Source: the human T2T-CHM13v2.0 reference genome, Homo sapiens | DNA: 64,000 nucleotides | Assembly (NCBI RefSeq): GCF_009914755.1 | Contig: NC_060925.1 | Direction: 5' to 3' (one strand) | In this document: positions 47,564 to 63,439 of the stretch, in pieces | How positions within the stretch are numbered: position 1 is the stretch's first letter | How the letters are laid out: the number at the start of each line of letters is the position of its first letter | The notes under the pieces: generated by a model | Database searches by the model: none | What the model saw: only the letters and a program-made list of their open reading frames with translations | Told to the model about the DNA's origin: nothing | Program-made: the position numbers and the translations under genes

Positions 47564-49914
47564 CTAGTCCCAAATATGGCTCTAACCTTGGAAAAGAGGA
47601 GCAGGAAGTTGAGCCCAGCACTGCCTGACTCCCAAGTCAGTACTCCTTCCTGTAAGTTCGTCTGCCAGATCCCAACCTTGGGACACTGGCAGAAAAACTC
47701 TCTGGGTCTCACTGCCTTTAACAGTAAAATGAGCATTGCAATCTCTGTGCAATCTGAGGCACTGGGTCGCCTATTTTACTGGGCAATGAGATCCCCTAGA
47801 AACTTGCTAGCATGCAGTTACCATACCAGAGGTGCTGATGGTTCTGTTTCCATCAGATTAGACAATATCTGGAGGGGCCTGGGAATCTGCACTTCTCTCA
47901 AATACCTTGCTTTGGTTTCAAGGTGGCCCTCCACCTCCAGCCAGGGGCTGGGCTAATGAACATGAAAGCTTGAATAGCAGTAGACGCAGCCTCTTCCCCC
48001 AGGAATCCAGTGGCTATATGGGGAGAGAAAATGGGAAGAAGACTTTTTGTCTGTCAGCACCTACAAAAGATGAGAAATGCAGCGAAGAAGAAAAGCCTAC
48101 GGGGCTTTGAGAGGCTGGGTTCAAATCTCACCTCTACCACTTACAAGCTGCGTGTTCTCAAGCTAATTACTTAACCTCTCTGGGTCACAGTTTCTTCATC
48201 TGTCACATGGGGGTGATAATCAGACCTACTCCAGAAAGCTGATGAGGATTAAATGGGATTCTGTGTGCAAAGCCCCTGGCACACAGAAAGTTCCCCACAA
48301 GTAGCAGCTGTCGTTATGGTGATGGGTTGTTTAGAATCAGGATGCTATGGTGGTGCAAGCGTTCCCCAAATTTTCATGTACACAGAAATCACCTGGGGTC
48401 TTGTCAAAATGCGGATTCAAATTCAGTAGGTCTGGGATAGAGGCCTGATAATTTGCTTTTCTAATAAGTTGCTGGGAGGCATTGATGCTGCTGAGCTGGG
48501 ACCACGCTTTAGGTAGCCAGGGTTAGAACCAACCGGTGGTTCAGCATTTTGATTTGTTATGAAGTTGAATTCCGTCATCCATAGGCACCAGTTAGCCTAG
48601 GAGCTGGTAGACAGCAAGTGCTCTGTAATTAACATGTTACCCGTACTGTTGCTATCGTGCTCATTGTGATGATGTTCTGATGGTGAGGATGCGGGAGTTC
48701 AAGGTCAGGCAGAGGAAAGGACAAAGGGTGGATCATCGTTTCCCCAACGCTGAGCATTGTGGTCTCCCTCCTGTTTCTCCTCCATGCCCTCGCCTTTCTG
48801 GTCTCCTGCTGACAATGGAGCACCAGGTGCCCTGCCTTAAACCACCCCCCTACCCAACACACACACACACACACACACAAACATGCCATCCTTTCAGAGC
48901 AAGCTGCAAGCTGCATTTATCTTTGTGCATAGCCAGGAGGCATTCTCATAGACAACCCTGTTGACTAGATGCAGGAGAAAAGGGGGTGTTTGTTCGAGAA
49001 ACCCAGCAGCCCACCCAGGGAGGGACACCCGCAGTGAGGGGACCTGGCAGAGCAGGAGGCACCCTGGATGGGAAGTAAAGAGCTCCCAGTTTTACGCTGG
49101 TCTCGGAACCTGACTTACTGTGCAACTTCAGACAAGTTGCTACCCCTCTCTGAGCCTCAGACTATCCCATAGAAAGAGGGGCTTGCATCAGACTCACCAG
49201 GGGAGCCTGTGATAGTGTCAAGCCCACCCCAAGCCTATTGATTAGGAACTAGGGGAGCTTGGTGATGCCCTCAAGAAAAGGGTAATGAATGGTGACAAGG
49301 TCACCGACCAGTGAGAAAGCAGTAGCCCAGTCCCTCGATTACACCTTACTTATCCAGAATCCTCAGCTACGCAGAACACGGCCAGGACCCAGGAGGGAAC
49401 AAAGGAGGCCGAAACTGACATCTCACAGCCCAGAGAGCCTGGAAGATTCATGTTTATCAAATGAATGCATGAAAGCATGGCTATATTAGTTAATTAATTA
49501 ATTGACTGATCGACTCCAGAGAGTATAGGACCTGGAGACAGATATACATAATATATGCTCAGTGAATAGCTGCCAAACGGAATGAAGAAAGGTAAGATGG
49601 AAGGACTGTCAAAATTATGTCCTGCCTGGAAAGATAGGGCCTATACTAATAATGTTTCCTAAGCCCTTGGGACAATTTCCAGGGGAAGGCTTGGCATCTG
49701 GAAGGAAAGGAAAGCAGGCAGGGAGAAGCCAAACTGAGCCTCATGAACGTACCCGTTGTGCAGACATTAGCCCATGTCATCCTCACAGCAGCCCCTGATG
49801 TGGGCATCATTACCACTGTCCAGAGGCAAGGACCCAATGGACAACTGAGGCCCGAGAACCTCCAGAGAAACCCACTAGGGCTCAGAGAGCATTCAGGGCT
49901 TTAGGAACCTACCT

Positions 49915-50780
<866 letters not shown>

Positions 50781-50886
50781 TAAACAAGTCAACCACCAAA
50801 AAGAAGGCAAAGGAAGCAAAGCAGGATGCACCAAGCAACTCCGACGTGTCAGGTGCCATGCCAGGTGCATTGTGCAGGTTCCCTCA

Positions 50887-51459
<573 letters not shown>

Positions 51460-52562
51460 TTAGCATCCTCACCTGTGGAATGTGACTATTGGTTGTTGTG
51501 AGGTTCAGGTGAGCCACAAGAGGCAAAAATCCTGTGCCCACCTTAGGACAAATTTTTCCTTCTCCCTCCAGCCTGGATTCCAGCCATTCCAACAAGCCCC
51601 TGCCTCTGCAGGGCTTGCGGCGGCAGCACGTGAGCCGTGCCACAGGGTGGGTCTGTCTGCAGGCTCCAGGCCTGAGTTAGCATATCTCGGGGCGGGCTCC
51701 CCATGCCAGCACAGGTATCCACAGGAGAGACAGCTGGGCCCTCGTTAACAAGGTGTCTCCAGACCTTATTTGGAATACGTCAGCTACTGTGATTAAAGAC
51801 AGTACATAAATGTCAGCCTCGCCGGGCCCCAGCCCCAGCTGGTTTCCGGGGAAGGAGACCAGAAAAATATGTCTTCATTCCTTCTGTTTTACAGCTTAGG
51901 CCATGATGGCTTTATACAGAGCGAGTTCACCGTGGTGGAAACCTGCGCAGGTCCTGCCAGGCGTGGGGAGTGGGAGAACAGTCTCCCATTGAGCCCCCCG
52001 CCAGGCCAGGCCTGATTGTCGTGTGACCTGCAGTCACTTCTCCCCTTCAGAGCCTCGGTTTCCTCATCTATAAAATGGGGACATAATATATGTGCCCATG
52101 GGTTCTTAAGAAATAAAGATCACCTTTGGAAGCTGCCCAGGGTAGTCCCTCTCCAGGAGCAGGCACTCACTGCAACCAGGAAAACACAAAAAGGGGCACA
52201 CTGGGGAATGGAGCTGCCCACTTTGTAGACACAGGTGCTCAATGAATGGCCCTTTCCTTGGATCCAAGTGGGGAGAGACTTTGACATTCTCAGTGAAACA
52301 ACATTGAAAGTAGGTAATTGGGGGCAAAGTAAGGTGCAGGAGCACTGCTCCCAGAGTCACTGACTCACTGTGTGACCTCAGATAAGTGACTCCAGTCTCT
52401 GGGACTGGGTTTCCTCATCTGTAAAATCCCTGGCCCGGCCGGGCTCTTCCTTTTGGAGCACTGTGATAAGGCCAATACCTGGCCTCAGTTTCCCAATCTG
52501 TAAAATGACGGGACTGGACCAGATGATCTCTGGCTCATCTCAGCTCAGGCACATGGAATTTT

Positions 52563-52578
52563 TTCCAGGAAGTGAAAC
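52563..52578 (+). promoter_or_regulatory. Candidate GAS plus EICE composite enhancer motif
   Basis: TTCCAGGAA (52563-52571) overlaps GGAAGTGAAAC (52568-52578). Confidence 0.5.
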
Positions 52579-54545
52579 AATGGTCAGGACTAGGCTGCGT
52601 GGAAAAGGGAGATTTCATGATTAACGCAAGGGCAGAATCCCATGGCAAGAGAAGCCGTTCTGGAGAGTGGGGTTATGCACCTGAGGTCACACAGTGCGTA
52701 GGTGACTCTGAGACCAGTGCTCCTGCCATTCCTATGGCAGGAGAAGCCCTTGATGCTGTTGGAGTCCCTCAGGGAGGCAGAAAGATAAACCCAGGGCAGG
52801 GAGAGAGCTCACCATGCTGCAACCCGAGCACCAGACAAAGGTAGCCTGGGAGACCTGTCTCCCAGTCCCAATGGCAGGATGAGGGCAGGGGAGGGGACTG
52901 GAGATGCCTTTTCACAAATTGCTTCTGAACCTCAGAAAAAGAGAATAGCCTGGCACCAACTTTGCTCCTCCCTTGTTCCAGGTTTTGTTCCAAACACTTT
53001 ACACATCTTCACTCATTTAATCTCCATGAGGCAAGTGTGACTGTTATGCCCATTTCACAGATCTGGAAAGTGAGGTATAGGGAAGTAATTTGACCGAGTC
53101 CTCACAGCTAGCCCACGGCAGAGCTGGGGCATGGACTAAGACAGTCTGGCACTGAAGCCACTCTCTTGAAGTATCAATGATGAAGAGCACCATTTAATGA
53201 GCACCTACTATGTAACAGGTGCTGTGCTGGCTTCCTTACAGAATGATCTTCATTAACTGGGACAGCATTCTTACGAGGACGGCACTTTGTTACTCACATT
53301 TCATAGAGGAAGAAATGAAGGCCCAGAGAAGTGAAGCACCTGGCCTTGGTCACAGAACTGGAATGTGGCTGAGCTGGGATTCTGACCCAGGGCCCAGGCC
53401 CCTTCCATGCCACCAGGCTGGACAGGACCCCCTCTGCAGAAACTCTGAGTAGAGGCTAAAGCAAATGTCAGGAGACAGAACACAGCTATGTCTTGTGTAG
53501 AATGGTAGGAAAGTCTGTCAGGTGGTCCCGGGACAAGAAAAGGCATCCAGAACACAGCTGGGTGTTGGGGAGATCCCTATGAAGGATGTCTGGGGGCTTT
53601 GAGGGGCTCTGGGGGGCTTCAAGGGGTTCTGGCAAGCTTCACACAGCATCAGAGTCGTGAAGGCAGGTCCTCTGATCGAGGGCCTGCTGTGTCCTGGGCA
53701 CTGTATTAAGTGCTTTGTATTCATTATTGCTCAATTCTTACCGTGGTAGGAATGGCATAGATCTCATTACTATCATCCCCATTTCATGCATAAGGAACTG
53801 AGGCTCACACAGGCTCACACTAGTCCAGGGTCACATAGCTAGCAAGAGCCAAACTCAGGTCCCCCCGTTTAAAAGCCAGTGCCTTTCCAATGGGCCAACC
53901 CTTCCTTCCCAGGTTCAAAGTGCTCAAGCCACCCAAACCGCATGGCTCAGGATCTGGTGCACGGCAGGTCCACGGCCTTGCCCCTTCCTAGCTCCATCCC
54001 AGGACCCTGAAAGGGTTAACTTCCCTGTGGCCCCAGGTCCGTCCCTGTCAGCCCACCACCCCTGCCCCTGCGTTATGAGGACCAGACCAGCTCTCGCTCC
54101 CGGCAGCTGACGAGTTCTCCGCTCAGTGGTTCGCGCTCCAGATATTAAATTACTCATAAAATATTTGACCTGTCCCCAAAGTGGCTGCTGCCTCCTCCCT
54201 GTGCCCACTGCTCACTTCACAACAGAAGGTCACACTATTCCATGGGGGAGGGGCCCTTGGAAAATGAACCCAACTTCATCTTGGGGGATCTGGGAGCCCA
54301 GGAAGGGGTAAGCTCTGGTAAGGTTGGGATGTTCCAAGGGCAAGGATTCTGTCCCCCATTCTGGGGCCCCCCGGCCTGGCCTGAGCAGAAGACTATGCCC
54401 CCAAATCTCCATGCTGCAGGGTACAAAGAGCCCAGAACTGCTGACTGCCCCGAGTCCCTCAGGATAAGGCCAAGGGTGACCTGGAATAGGTTCCCATTGT
54501 CTGAGGGACGAGTGGTCTCTCCTCTCCTCCTCCCTCCCCTCCTCA

Positions 54546-54559
54546 GTTGCCATGGCAAC
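54546..54559. promoter_or_regulatory. Perfect RFX X-box palindrome
   Basis: GTTGCCATGGCAAC. Confidence 0.6.
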
Positions 54560-55231
54560 CACAGTGGGGGGTGGGAGGCTGGACCGCTCAGCTCCTGGCC
54601 GGGCTACCCGGCATGCTCTGCTTTCACCCAGTTTTCTCCCTCGTTGCCCCTTGGCAGGCAGGGGGTGGGGCAGACCCAGCCCTTTCACGCAGCGGAGGGT
54701 TTGCAGCCAAGGAGCATCACCTCCCGTTCCCTGCCTTCACGCAGGAGGTTTTCCGGCATGGCCCCCAGGAATAGGACTTTTCTGAGTATGGTTTATCAGA
54801 TAATGATTTTGGGGAGGGGTCTCTCTCAAGCCCCCTGGAGTTAATGAAGTCAGTTAAGCCCTGGGATTAGAAGGTCGGGGTCATGGGTACAGCCCATGTT
54901 TGCAGAGTAACGCCCCACCCCACCCCTAGCTCCCACCAGCTGTTTCAGAAATGCCTAATGCTGGTCGTCTAGGGAACTAGTGAGAGGGTCTGGACAGGAC
55001 ATGGCAACCTCATCCTGAGTACCCACAGTCACAGTCCCTCAGAGTATATACCCCGCAGCCTGGGCATTGGGAGCCTCCTCTCTTTCTTCCTGCCCCCTCA
55101 TAGATGACACATTTTTCATAATAGTAGTGTATATATTACTAGTAAGTTCTTATCACCCTGGCCTGGAGTTTCATAAAGTAATACTGAAAGAAACTGGGTT
55201 TAGCCTTTGTCGTGGCTCTACTTGGGGTACA

Positions 55232-55250
55232 CTGCCACCAGGTGGCGGTA
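55232..55250 (+). promoter_or_regulatory. Candidate CTCF site
   Basis: CTGCCACCAGGTGGCGGTA matches the core CCASYAGRKGGCRS without mismatch. Confidence 0.7.
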
Positions 55251-56724
55251 GGCACTTTCCAACTACTCCCTGAGATTCCAGAAGATGATATTCCACTTTT
55301 ACATTCCACCACCACAACCTATAAAATGCCATTGCTTTTTTACTTTTATATTAAGATTACAGGACTTTATAAATAGCCAAAGTTAAGGAGGCTTTAAACA
55401 AACTCTATGTTTTGGTAGTATAGCATAGCAGACAGCACAAACTCTAGAGCCAAACTGCCTGAGTTCAAATCCTGGCTCAGCCACTTGCTAGCTAGTTAAC
55501 CTTGGACAAGTTACTTCTCTGTGCTTCAGTTTCTTTATCTGCAAAATGGAGATGATGGAAAGCAACTCCCTCGATGCATTGTTTTAAAGACTCAATGAGT
55601 GAATGTACATGAAGCATTTAGAACAGTGCCTGGCACAGAGCATTAAGCTCTTTAGAAATGTTGGTTATCGATATTTAAAGATGAGCATAAGGGAAAAGTT
55701 TCAAAAACAGTTCATTTTGAGACCCACGGACATATCTTTCTCTGCTCAATCTTTTATCTGGTGTTTCTAATCTGGTGATTCATTTCAGGGCTGCCCTGCT
55801 AGACACCCATCATCTGCCCAGATGCCTCTTCCAGCTCCCTCAACCCCACATTCAAGCCCATATCCTAATGCCTTTACCTCCCGGGTGTCTGTGGGATTGT
55901 CCCCTGCACGCCCTGTGCACAGCCACCCTGATCTCATTCCTGAACCACTGCAACTGTCCCCCTGCCTCTTGCCTGCTCCCCTCCAACCATCTTCTCACCG
56001 CTGCCACAGTGATTTTTCTAAAACAAAAATATGCCTCTACTCAAATGCCCTCCATAGCTCCCCAGTGACTCAGTATCAAGTCCAGGCTCTTCAGGTAGGT
56101 CCGTCTCCTCATCTCCCACTCCAGCTTCATGCCCCCATCTCCACTGTCAGAATGCCATGCCCTGGTTCCAGCTGCCTCCTTGTAGTTCTCCCAAAGCCTT
56201 GGGCTCCCAGGCTCTGTAGCCTGGGCAGGGGCTGCCTCCTCTGTCTGCATCTCTTCCTTCCTTCTCCTGCCTGCCCATCTCCTGCCTGCTAAGCCTCAAG
56301 ATGTAGCCCCTGTCTCCCTTTCCCTGGGAAGCACTTATGATCCCTCCACGGCCTCTGAACCGGGTGCAGACCTTTCTCGGCATGCCCAAAGCCTCTGCAT
56401 GCTGGAAAGGGGCTGTCTCAGTTTGTTGGTATCACCAGAGATGCCCTGCACACAGCAGGCCCTCAGAGTACCTCTAAGGAATGAATCCAGAATGTCCATT
56501 TTGCCAATTCGGCCTACAATGTCCTCTTTCCCATCTTCTCCGTCCCAGCATCTCTTTCTAGGTCTGGCTCAAATATCACCTGTTTAGGAGCCTCCTGGTA
56601 ACCCGCACGCCCATGTCATCCCTGCATTAACTATTTCACTCTCTCCTCAAAGAGGCAAATGCAATAGGCATGAACTTGACATGTGTGGAATGAATGAACA
56701 AATGACCAGGATTATGGTCTAGAC

Positions 56725-57410
<686 letters not shown>

Positions 57411-57829
57411 TAGGAGCTTGGCCTCAAACTATTGTCAAAAGCCCCTTCTGGGACTATTCTTGCTAAGTCCCTCCAGTTTCTGCTGCCCCCAACCTTCCCT
57501 TTCTCAGATTCTCCTGGTCCCCACAGCTACGCGGAGTAAACTGGCAGGAAAGGAAGACCACATTTCCAAGATGGCGGGGAGCTTTGCTGGGCTCTGGGGA
57601 CCCTAGGAGTCAGTCCTGGTTGGTGACTAACTTGCTGTGTGACTTGGCTGAGTCACAGACCTGTCTGGGCCTCCAGCTCTCAGTGAGGTGATGGGGGCGT
57701 GTAGACAGACCCTCTCTGGGCCTGCCCCCTCTAAAGGACGGTCCTAGCAGTCCCCCCGACTCCCAGCACCTCTCCCCTGCATGCAACAGTGCTCCCTGGG
57801 AAATTCTGGGAGGTGGGAGGGAGACAAGG

Positions 57830-58260
57830 ATTCCCCCGTCTTTCCCCAGCCCGGGTGATCCAGGTGCTCCCGGCTCTGCCGCGCACTGGGGTGCCACCGT
57901 CTCCAAGGGCGCCGCTGTCAGCTGTGACCCCTGCGCCCCCAGAGGCGGCCAAACAAGCGGCCTTTGTGGTCTGTGCGTTGGCGGCCCTCGGGGAGCGTCA
58001 CAAAGGGTGGGAAGAAAGGCCGCCAATCCTCTTAGGGCCAGCCGCCCGCTTTCCCACTGCGGCCCATCTGCTCCTGGGGAGCGGGCATAACCGCCGCCTG
58101 GCCCCACGGCGCGCAAAGCAAGCAAAAGCTGCCCGGGAATGAAAGGCAGGGGCCCGGGCCAGCCCAGATCCCCACGGCAAACACAGGCCTGGCCGGGGGC
58201 CTGGGAGGGGGCAGGGCTGATCCCCGGGGGAGACCACGGTTAAAAGCGCCGCCCCAGGAG
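57830..58260. promoter_or_regulatory. CpG-rich orphan island-like segment
   Basis: Locally dense CpG and GC content outside Alu; CCAAT at about 58023; YY1 CAAGATGGCGG at 57567-57577 just upstream. Confidence 0.5.
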
Positions 58261-59221
58261 GGGGACCCAGGGCTAATCCCCTCCTGCCCCACGCCTTCCC
58301 TTCCCACACCCCTACAAGGGGAAGGGGAAAGGCAGGGAAGGGCTGGGATCAAAGGTCCTTCCTCCTGTGCCAGGCGCTCAGTGGGGCCCTTTCTACGCAC
58401 CCCTATCTTTTCCTTGAAGCACCCTATTTTACAAAGGGGCTCAGTAAGGCTAAGTCACTTGCCTAGGGTCACCCAGCTGCGATGTGGCAGAGCTGGGATC
58501 TCAGCGGGAGGCTGAATCTGAATTCTTTCATCCACGTAGCTGAAGTTTGCTGAGTCTCTCCATTGCCATGGGCTCTACAACCATCTCCATTGCTTACTGC
58601 AACTCTTTTAACAGATGGGGAAACTGAGGTCTGTAGGCAGGTGGTGATTGCCCAAGAGCACAGACCCGATCAAGTCCTGGCTCTACCATTCCTCTGCATT
58701 CTGGTCCCAACCCCCATCACTCATGTGCAAGCTTGGGCTCTGCCAGCCCCCAGCATGGGCCCTCAGGCAGGTCACTTCACCCCCAGGAGCCTCGATTTCC
58801 TCCTATGGAAACTGGGGATCTGTGAAGGGCGTAGTTCTGAGGGTTTGATGAGATGATCTGCTAAAGACTTTAGCTCCTGGCACACAGTAGGCACCCAATA
58901 ATGGCAGCTGCTATTGTTATTACTTGGCCCAGAGCAGGATGGATCCCAGAACAGGAAGAGAAGGAAACAAAGAGTTTCCGCTCACTAATGGCTGGCCCCA
59001 AATACTCCTTTTTTCCATGGTTGGGGTTGGTTTGGCAGAGTAAGGAAGGAGCTGGAGAGAGGGGGAGGGAGGCAATGGATGCGTGGGAGGCCGCAGCAGG
59101 GGCCCAGGCTGAATCCACCCAGGGAGGGGGCTATCGACCAGCTGCCCCACCTCCCACCCACGAGAGGCCCAGAGCCCAGGCGTGGTGGCATCCAGGACAT
59201 CAGAGCCCAAATGCTGCCTCC

Positions 59222-60375
59222 TACACACACACACACACACGTGCACACACACGTTTGCACACACACACATACACTCATACATGTGTGCACACACAAATAT
59301 ACACACATACACGCGCATACATACACATACACACATAACCATACACATGCACACACACACCCCACACACATACACACACACATAACCACACATGCACACA
59401 CCCCACTCCCACACACACATGCACACACATACCCCCCACATACACACACACACAACCACACATAACCACACTCACCACAAATACATGCACACACATACAC
59501 ACGGACATACATATGCACACATACACTCACACGCACACTCATACACACAGACATACACTCTCACATACACACACAACCACATACACACATATCCCCCCAC
59601 AGAGACACACATGTACACACACATACACACAGACATACACACTCTTACACACACATAGCCACACACACCACAAATACATACATGCACACACATGCATGTA
59701 CGTACACACATACACACAGACATACACACACACACATAATCACATACACACACATCCCTCCACAGAGACACATACACACATGCACACACACACACACAAA
59801 CCACACACCACACACAAATACATACACATGCACACACCCATACATACACACACATACACTCACACACATATACACATAACCACATACACACACATATCCC
59901 CCCTGAGACACACATACACACATGCACACACACATACACACAGATATACAAACCCTCACACACAACCACAACACACACCACATAAATACACATGCATGCA
60001 CACACATGCACATATATACACAAACATGCACACAGACATACACTGTCACACATACACACAACCACGCACACCACACAAATACACACATGGACACACACAT
60101 GCACATACATATACACACATATACTCACACACACCCCCACAGAGACACACACATACACACATGCACACACGCATACACACATGCACACAGACATACACTG
60201 TCACACACATACACGCACATAACCACACACACCACACACAAATACACACATGGACACACACATGCACATACATATACACACAAATACTCACACACATATA
60301 CCCCCACAGAGACACACACATGCACACATGCACACACACACACACATACACGCACACACACGTACACACACACAG
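59222..60375 (+). repeat. Large degenerate (CA)n minisatellite-like tract
   Basis: About 1.15 kb; recurring sub-units CCCCCACAGAGACACAC and ACCACACAAATACA. Confidence 0.95.
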
Positions 60376-62004
60376 ACGCGCGCGGCCCCAGCTCTGACTG
60401 TTTTGCAGATTTGGAACCTGAGGCTTGGGAGAGGGGCTGTGGCTCACTGAAGATCACTTGGCTCTTGAGCATGGCCCAGGCCCCTCAGTCACCCTCTCCC
60501 ATCTCTCAGTGGGATCTGGCCCTGAATCCCACCAGCCTTGCTCCATGCCTTGTCCACCAAGGAGCCACGCAGGGGACAAGGGCAGGGGACAAGGGCAGGG
60601 GACAAGGAGGTGAAGGTCCCTATGCTCCTGTCGAGCAGGCTGAGTTAGCCATTCTGCCCCGGGCATTCCCCTAGATCTGGAAATGGGTTCTGCTCAGAAA
60701 ATGGAAATGAATCCATTATTCATTCTCTCTTTTCTCTTCCCTTCCTGCCTCCCCGTCTCTCCCTCCTTCCTTCCATCTTTTCCCCCTGCTTGCCCTCTCT
60801 TTGTCTCTTTTTTTTTCTCTTAATGTCTCTTTTAATCTCTCTCACATTCACCGTCTTTCCCCTTCCAGCTGCTCCTCCCCCAACTCTTGCCCATGACACG
60901 GTTCCCAGGGAACCTGACGGTGTGGCTTTGAGCCTGTTTCTGTTCCCCTCCATATACCAGGGGGTTGTTGGGAGCTTCCCCCACTGACAGGCCCCCTCTG
61001 GGGTATGGAGGTACAGTTAGTGCAAGATAGGCCATGGTTTGGGGTCAGTTCCAGCCCTGTCACCAACCTTATGTAACTCCTTTTCTTCTCCAAGTCTTAT
61101 CTCTTCCTCTGTGCATGGAGTGGGCACACATGAAGAACACGGCCTCCACAAGTGCCCTGCCCCCAAGAACCAGAGCCACTGAGCCCTTTGAGGGTTGCAT
61201 AAGAACTGTATTCACCTTTGAAAATGGTCCCTCCTCCAAATCTTAGTGCCTGATGTCCTGCCCAAAGCTGTCAGACTGCCCCCCTCCCAGAGCAGAGCAC
61301 AGCAGAGCAGGCCTGGGGATGTCCTGACTCGGACTGACTCCAAGATGTCACCACTAGACCAACGCATTCCCAGTTAACCTTGGCCTTGGAGGGTGAGAGG
61401 TCACAGAAATAAGCGAGACCAGGAGTCAGACAACCTAGGTTCTAATCCCCCCTCTGCTTCATGCCTGGCTGAGGGTGTTGGAGAAGTCACTTTACCTCTC
61501 CTGGCCTCATTAGCCCTCATCAGGGAACTGGAGCTAATTGCTGATTTGTGCTTGAAACTAAAGAAAGGGAGGTTACCAAAGAAACTGGCACTAAGGTGGC
61601 ATTTTGCTGAATTCATGGATGGGCTAATTTATGGACCACAGATTGTCTGCTCTACCCAGGCCCTTTCTACTTAGGGGGAAACTGAGGCTGGGAGAAGGGA
61701 GGCAACCTGCCCGGGGTTGGCAGCGAGTGGCAGCAGTGCCCAGACTTGAATTCCAGCCAGACGTTTAGCAGTTCCTCAGTGCAGGCTATCAAAGACAGCC
61801 GATTCCAAAAGGGAGATCAAAGGCCTGCTTCCTTATTTACAAAGAGAAGTCCTCATTAAAACATGGCCAACGGCTGAGGCGGCTGTGGAGATGGGCCACG
61901 TGTGTGCCAACAGAGAATTCACCATCCCAGACAGACTGTGCTGAGCGGCAAGGGAGCCGTTCAGTGAGTGTGTGCTAGGGAGAGCCAGCCCTAGGGTGGG
62001 GTAG

Positions 62005-62394
<390 letters not shown>

Positions 62395-62954
62395 CCACAG
62401 CCACCATTTATTGAGCACCTACTGCATACCAAGCACTGACGGTAACTCTGAGAGGCTGGGATCCTGTCCCCATTTTCCAGGGGAGGAAACAGAGGCACAG
62501 GACCTGCCGGGGGGGTTGCCACAGGGCAAGCCAGACCCCACTGAACCCGGCTCTGGGGTCTCCATACCTCCAAGCTTGTCGCTTCTGGGCTGCACTGCCT
62601 CTTCAAGGATAACATGAGCCACTGTGTGTGTCTGGGGGTGGGAACATGGTCTGTCACCAGAGTCATTTGTCAAAAGCCAAATGCGTGGGTAGTGGGGTGG
62701 AGGGGACCAAGGAGGGCCTGGCTGGAACAGCAGGTTGGGGCTGGACTAGACAGATCCTCCCAGCATGCAGGGCCCAGGGTTCTTTGATTCGACGGAATCC
62801 TTCGTGAGTATCTACTACGCAACAGGTACTGTTCCAGACATGAGGGACACAGCAGCGACAAAAACAGATGGCACCTGGACTTATGGAGTGGATCCCTTGA
62901 GGAGAAGGATGAAGAATAAATCCATAAATAAATACGATCATGTCTCATTTCAGA

Positions 62955-63230
62955 TGGTTATCAGTCTTCCAGAGCTGCTGCAATAAGATAACACAAACCA
63001 GGTGCTCAAAACAACAGAAATGGATTGTCTCGCAGTTACAGAGGCTGAACGTCTGGAATCGAGGCATGGGAGGGACCTGCTTTCTCTGAAGACTTGGGGA
63101 AGAATCCTTCCTTGTCTTTTCCAGCTTTCGGTGGCCCCGGTGTTCCTTGGCTGGTGGTGGAATTGTTCATATCTCTGCCTCTGTCTTCACATGGCCTCTT
63201 CCCTGTGTCTTCTCCTCTTCTTAGAAAGAC
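62955..63230 (-). mobile_element. MLT1 (B/C-like) LTR fragment
   Basis: AAAACAACAGAAATGGATTGTCTCGCAGTT...GAAGAATCCTTCCTTGTCTTTTCCAGCTT. Confidence 0.7.
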
Positions 63231-63439
63231 ATCCCATTTTACAGAGGAGGAAACTGAGACTCGGAGGGGAGAAATAACTCACCCAAGGTCACACAGCCCA
63301 GGAGTGGGGGCCAAGATGGAAGCCAACTGTGACTGATCCCCAAGTGCCGTGGGGGTACCTGGACTCTGTACTCCATGTAAGGGGAGGCTGGCCACTGATC
63401 CCCAGGCCAGGAAGACTCTCAGCCCTGGGGGTCTCTCAC

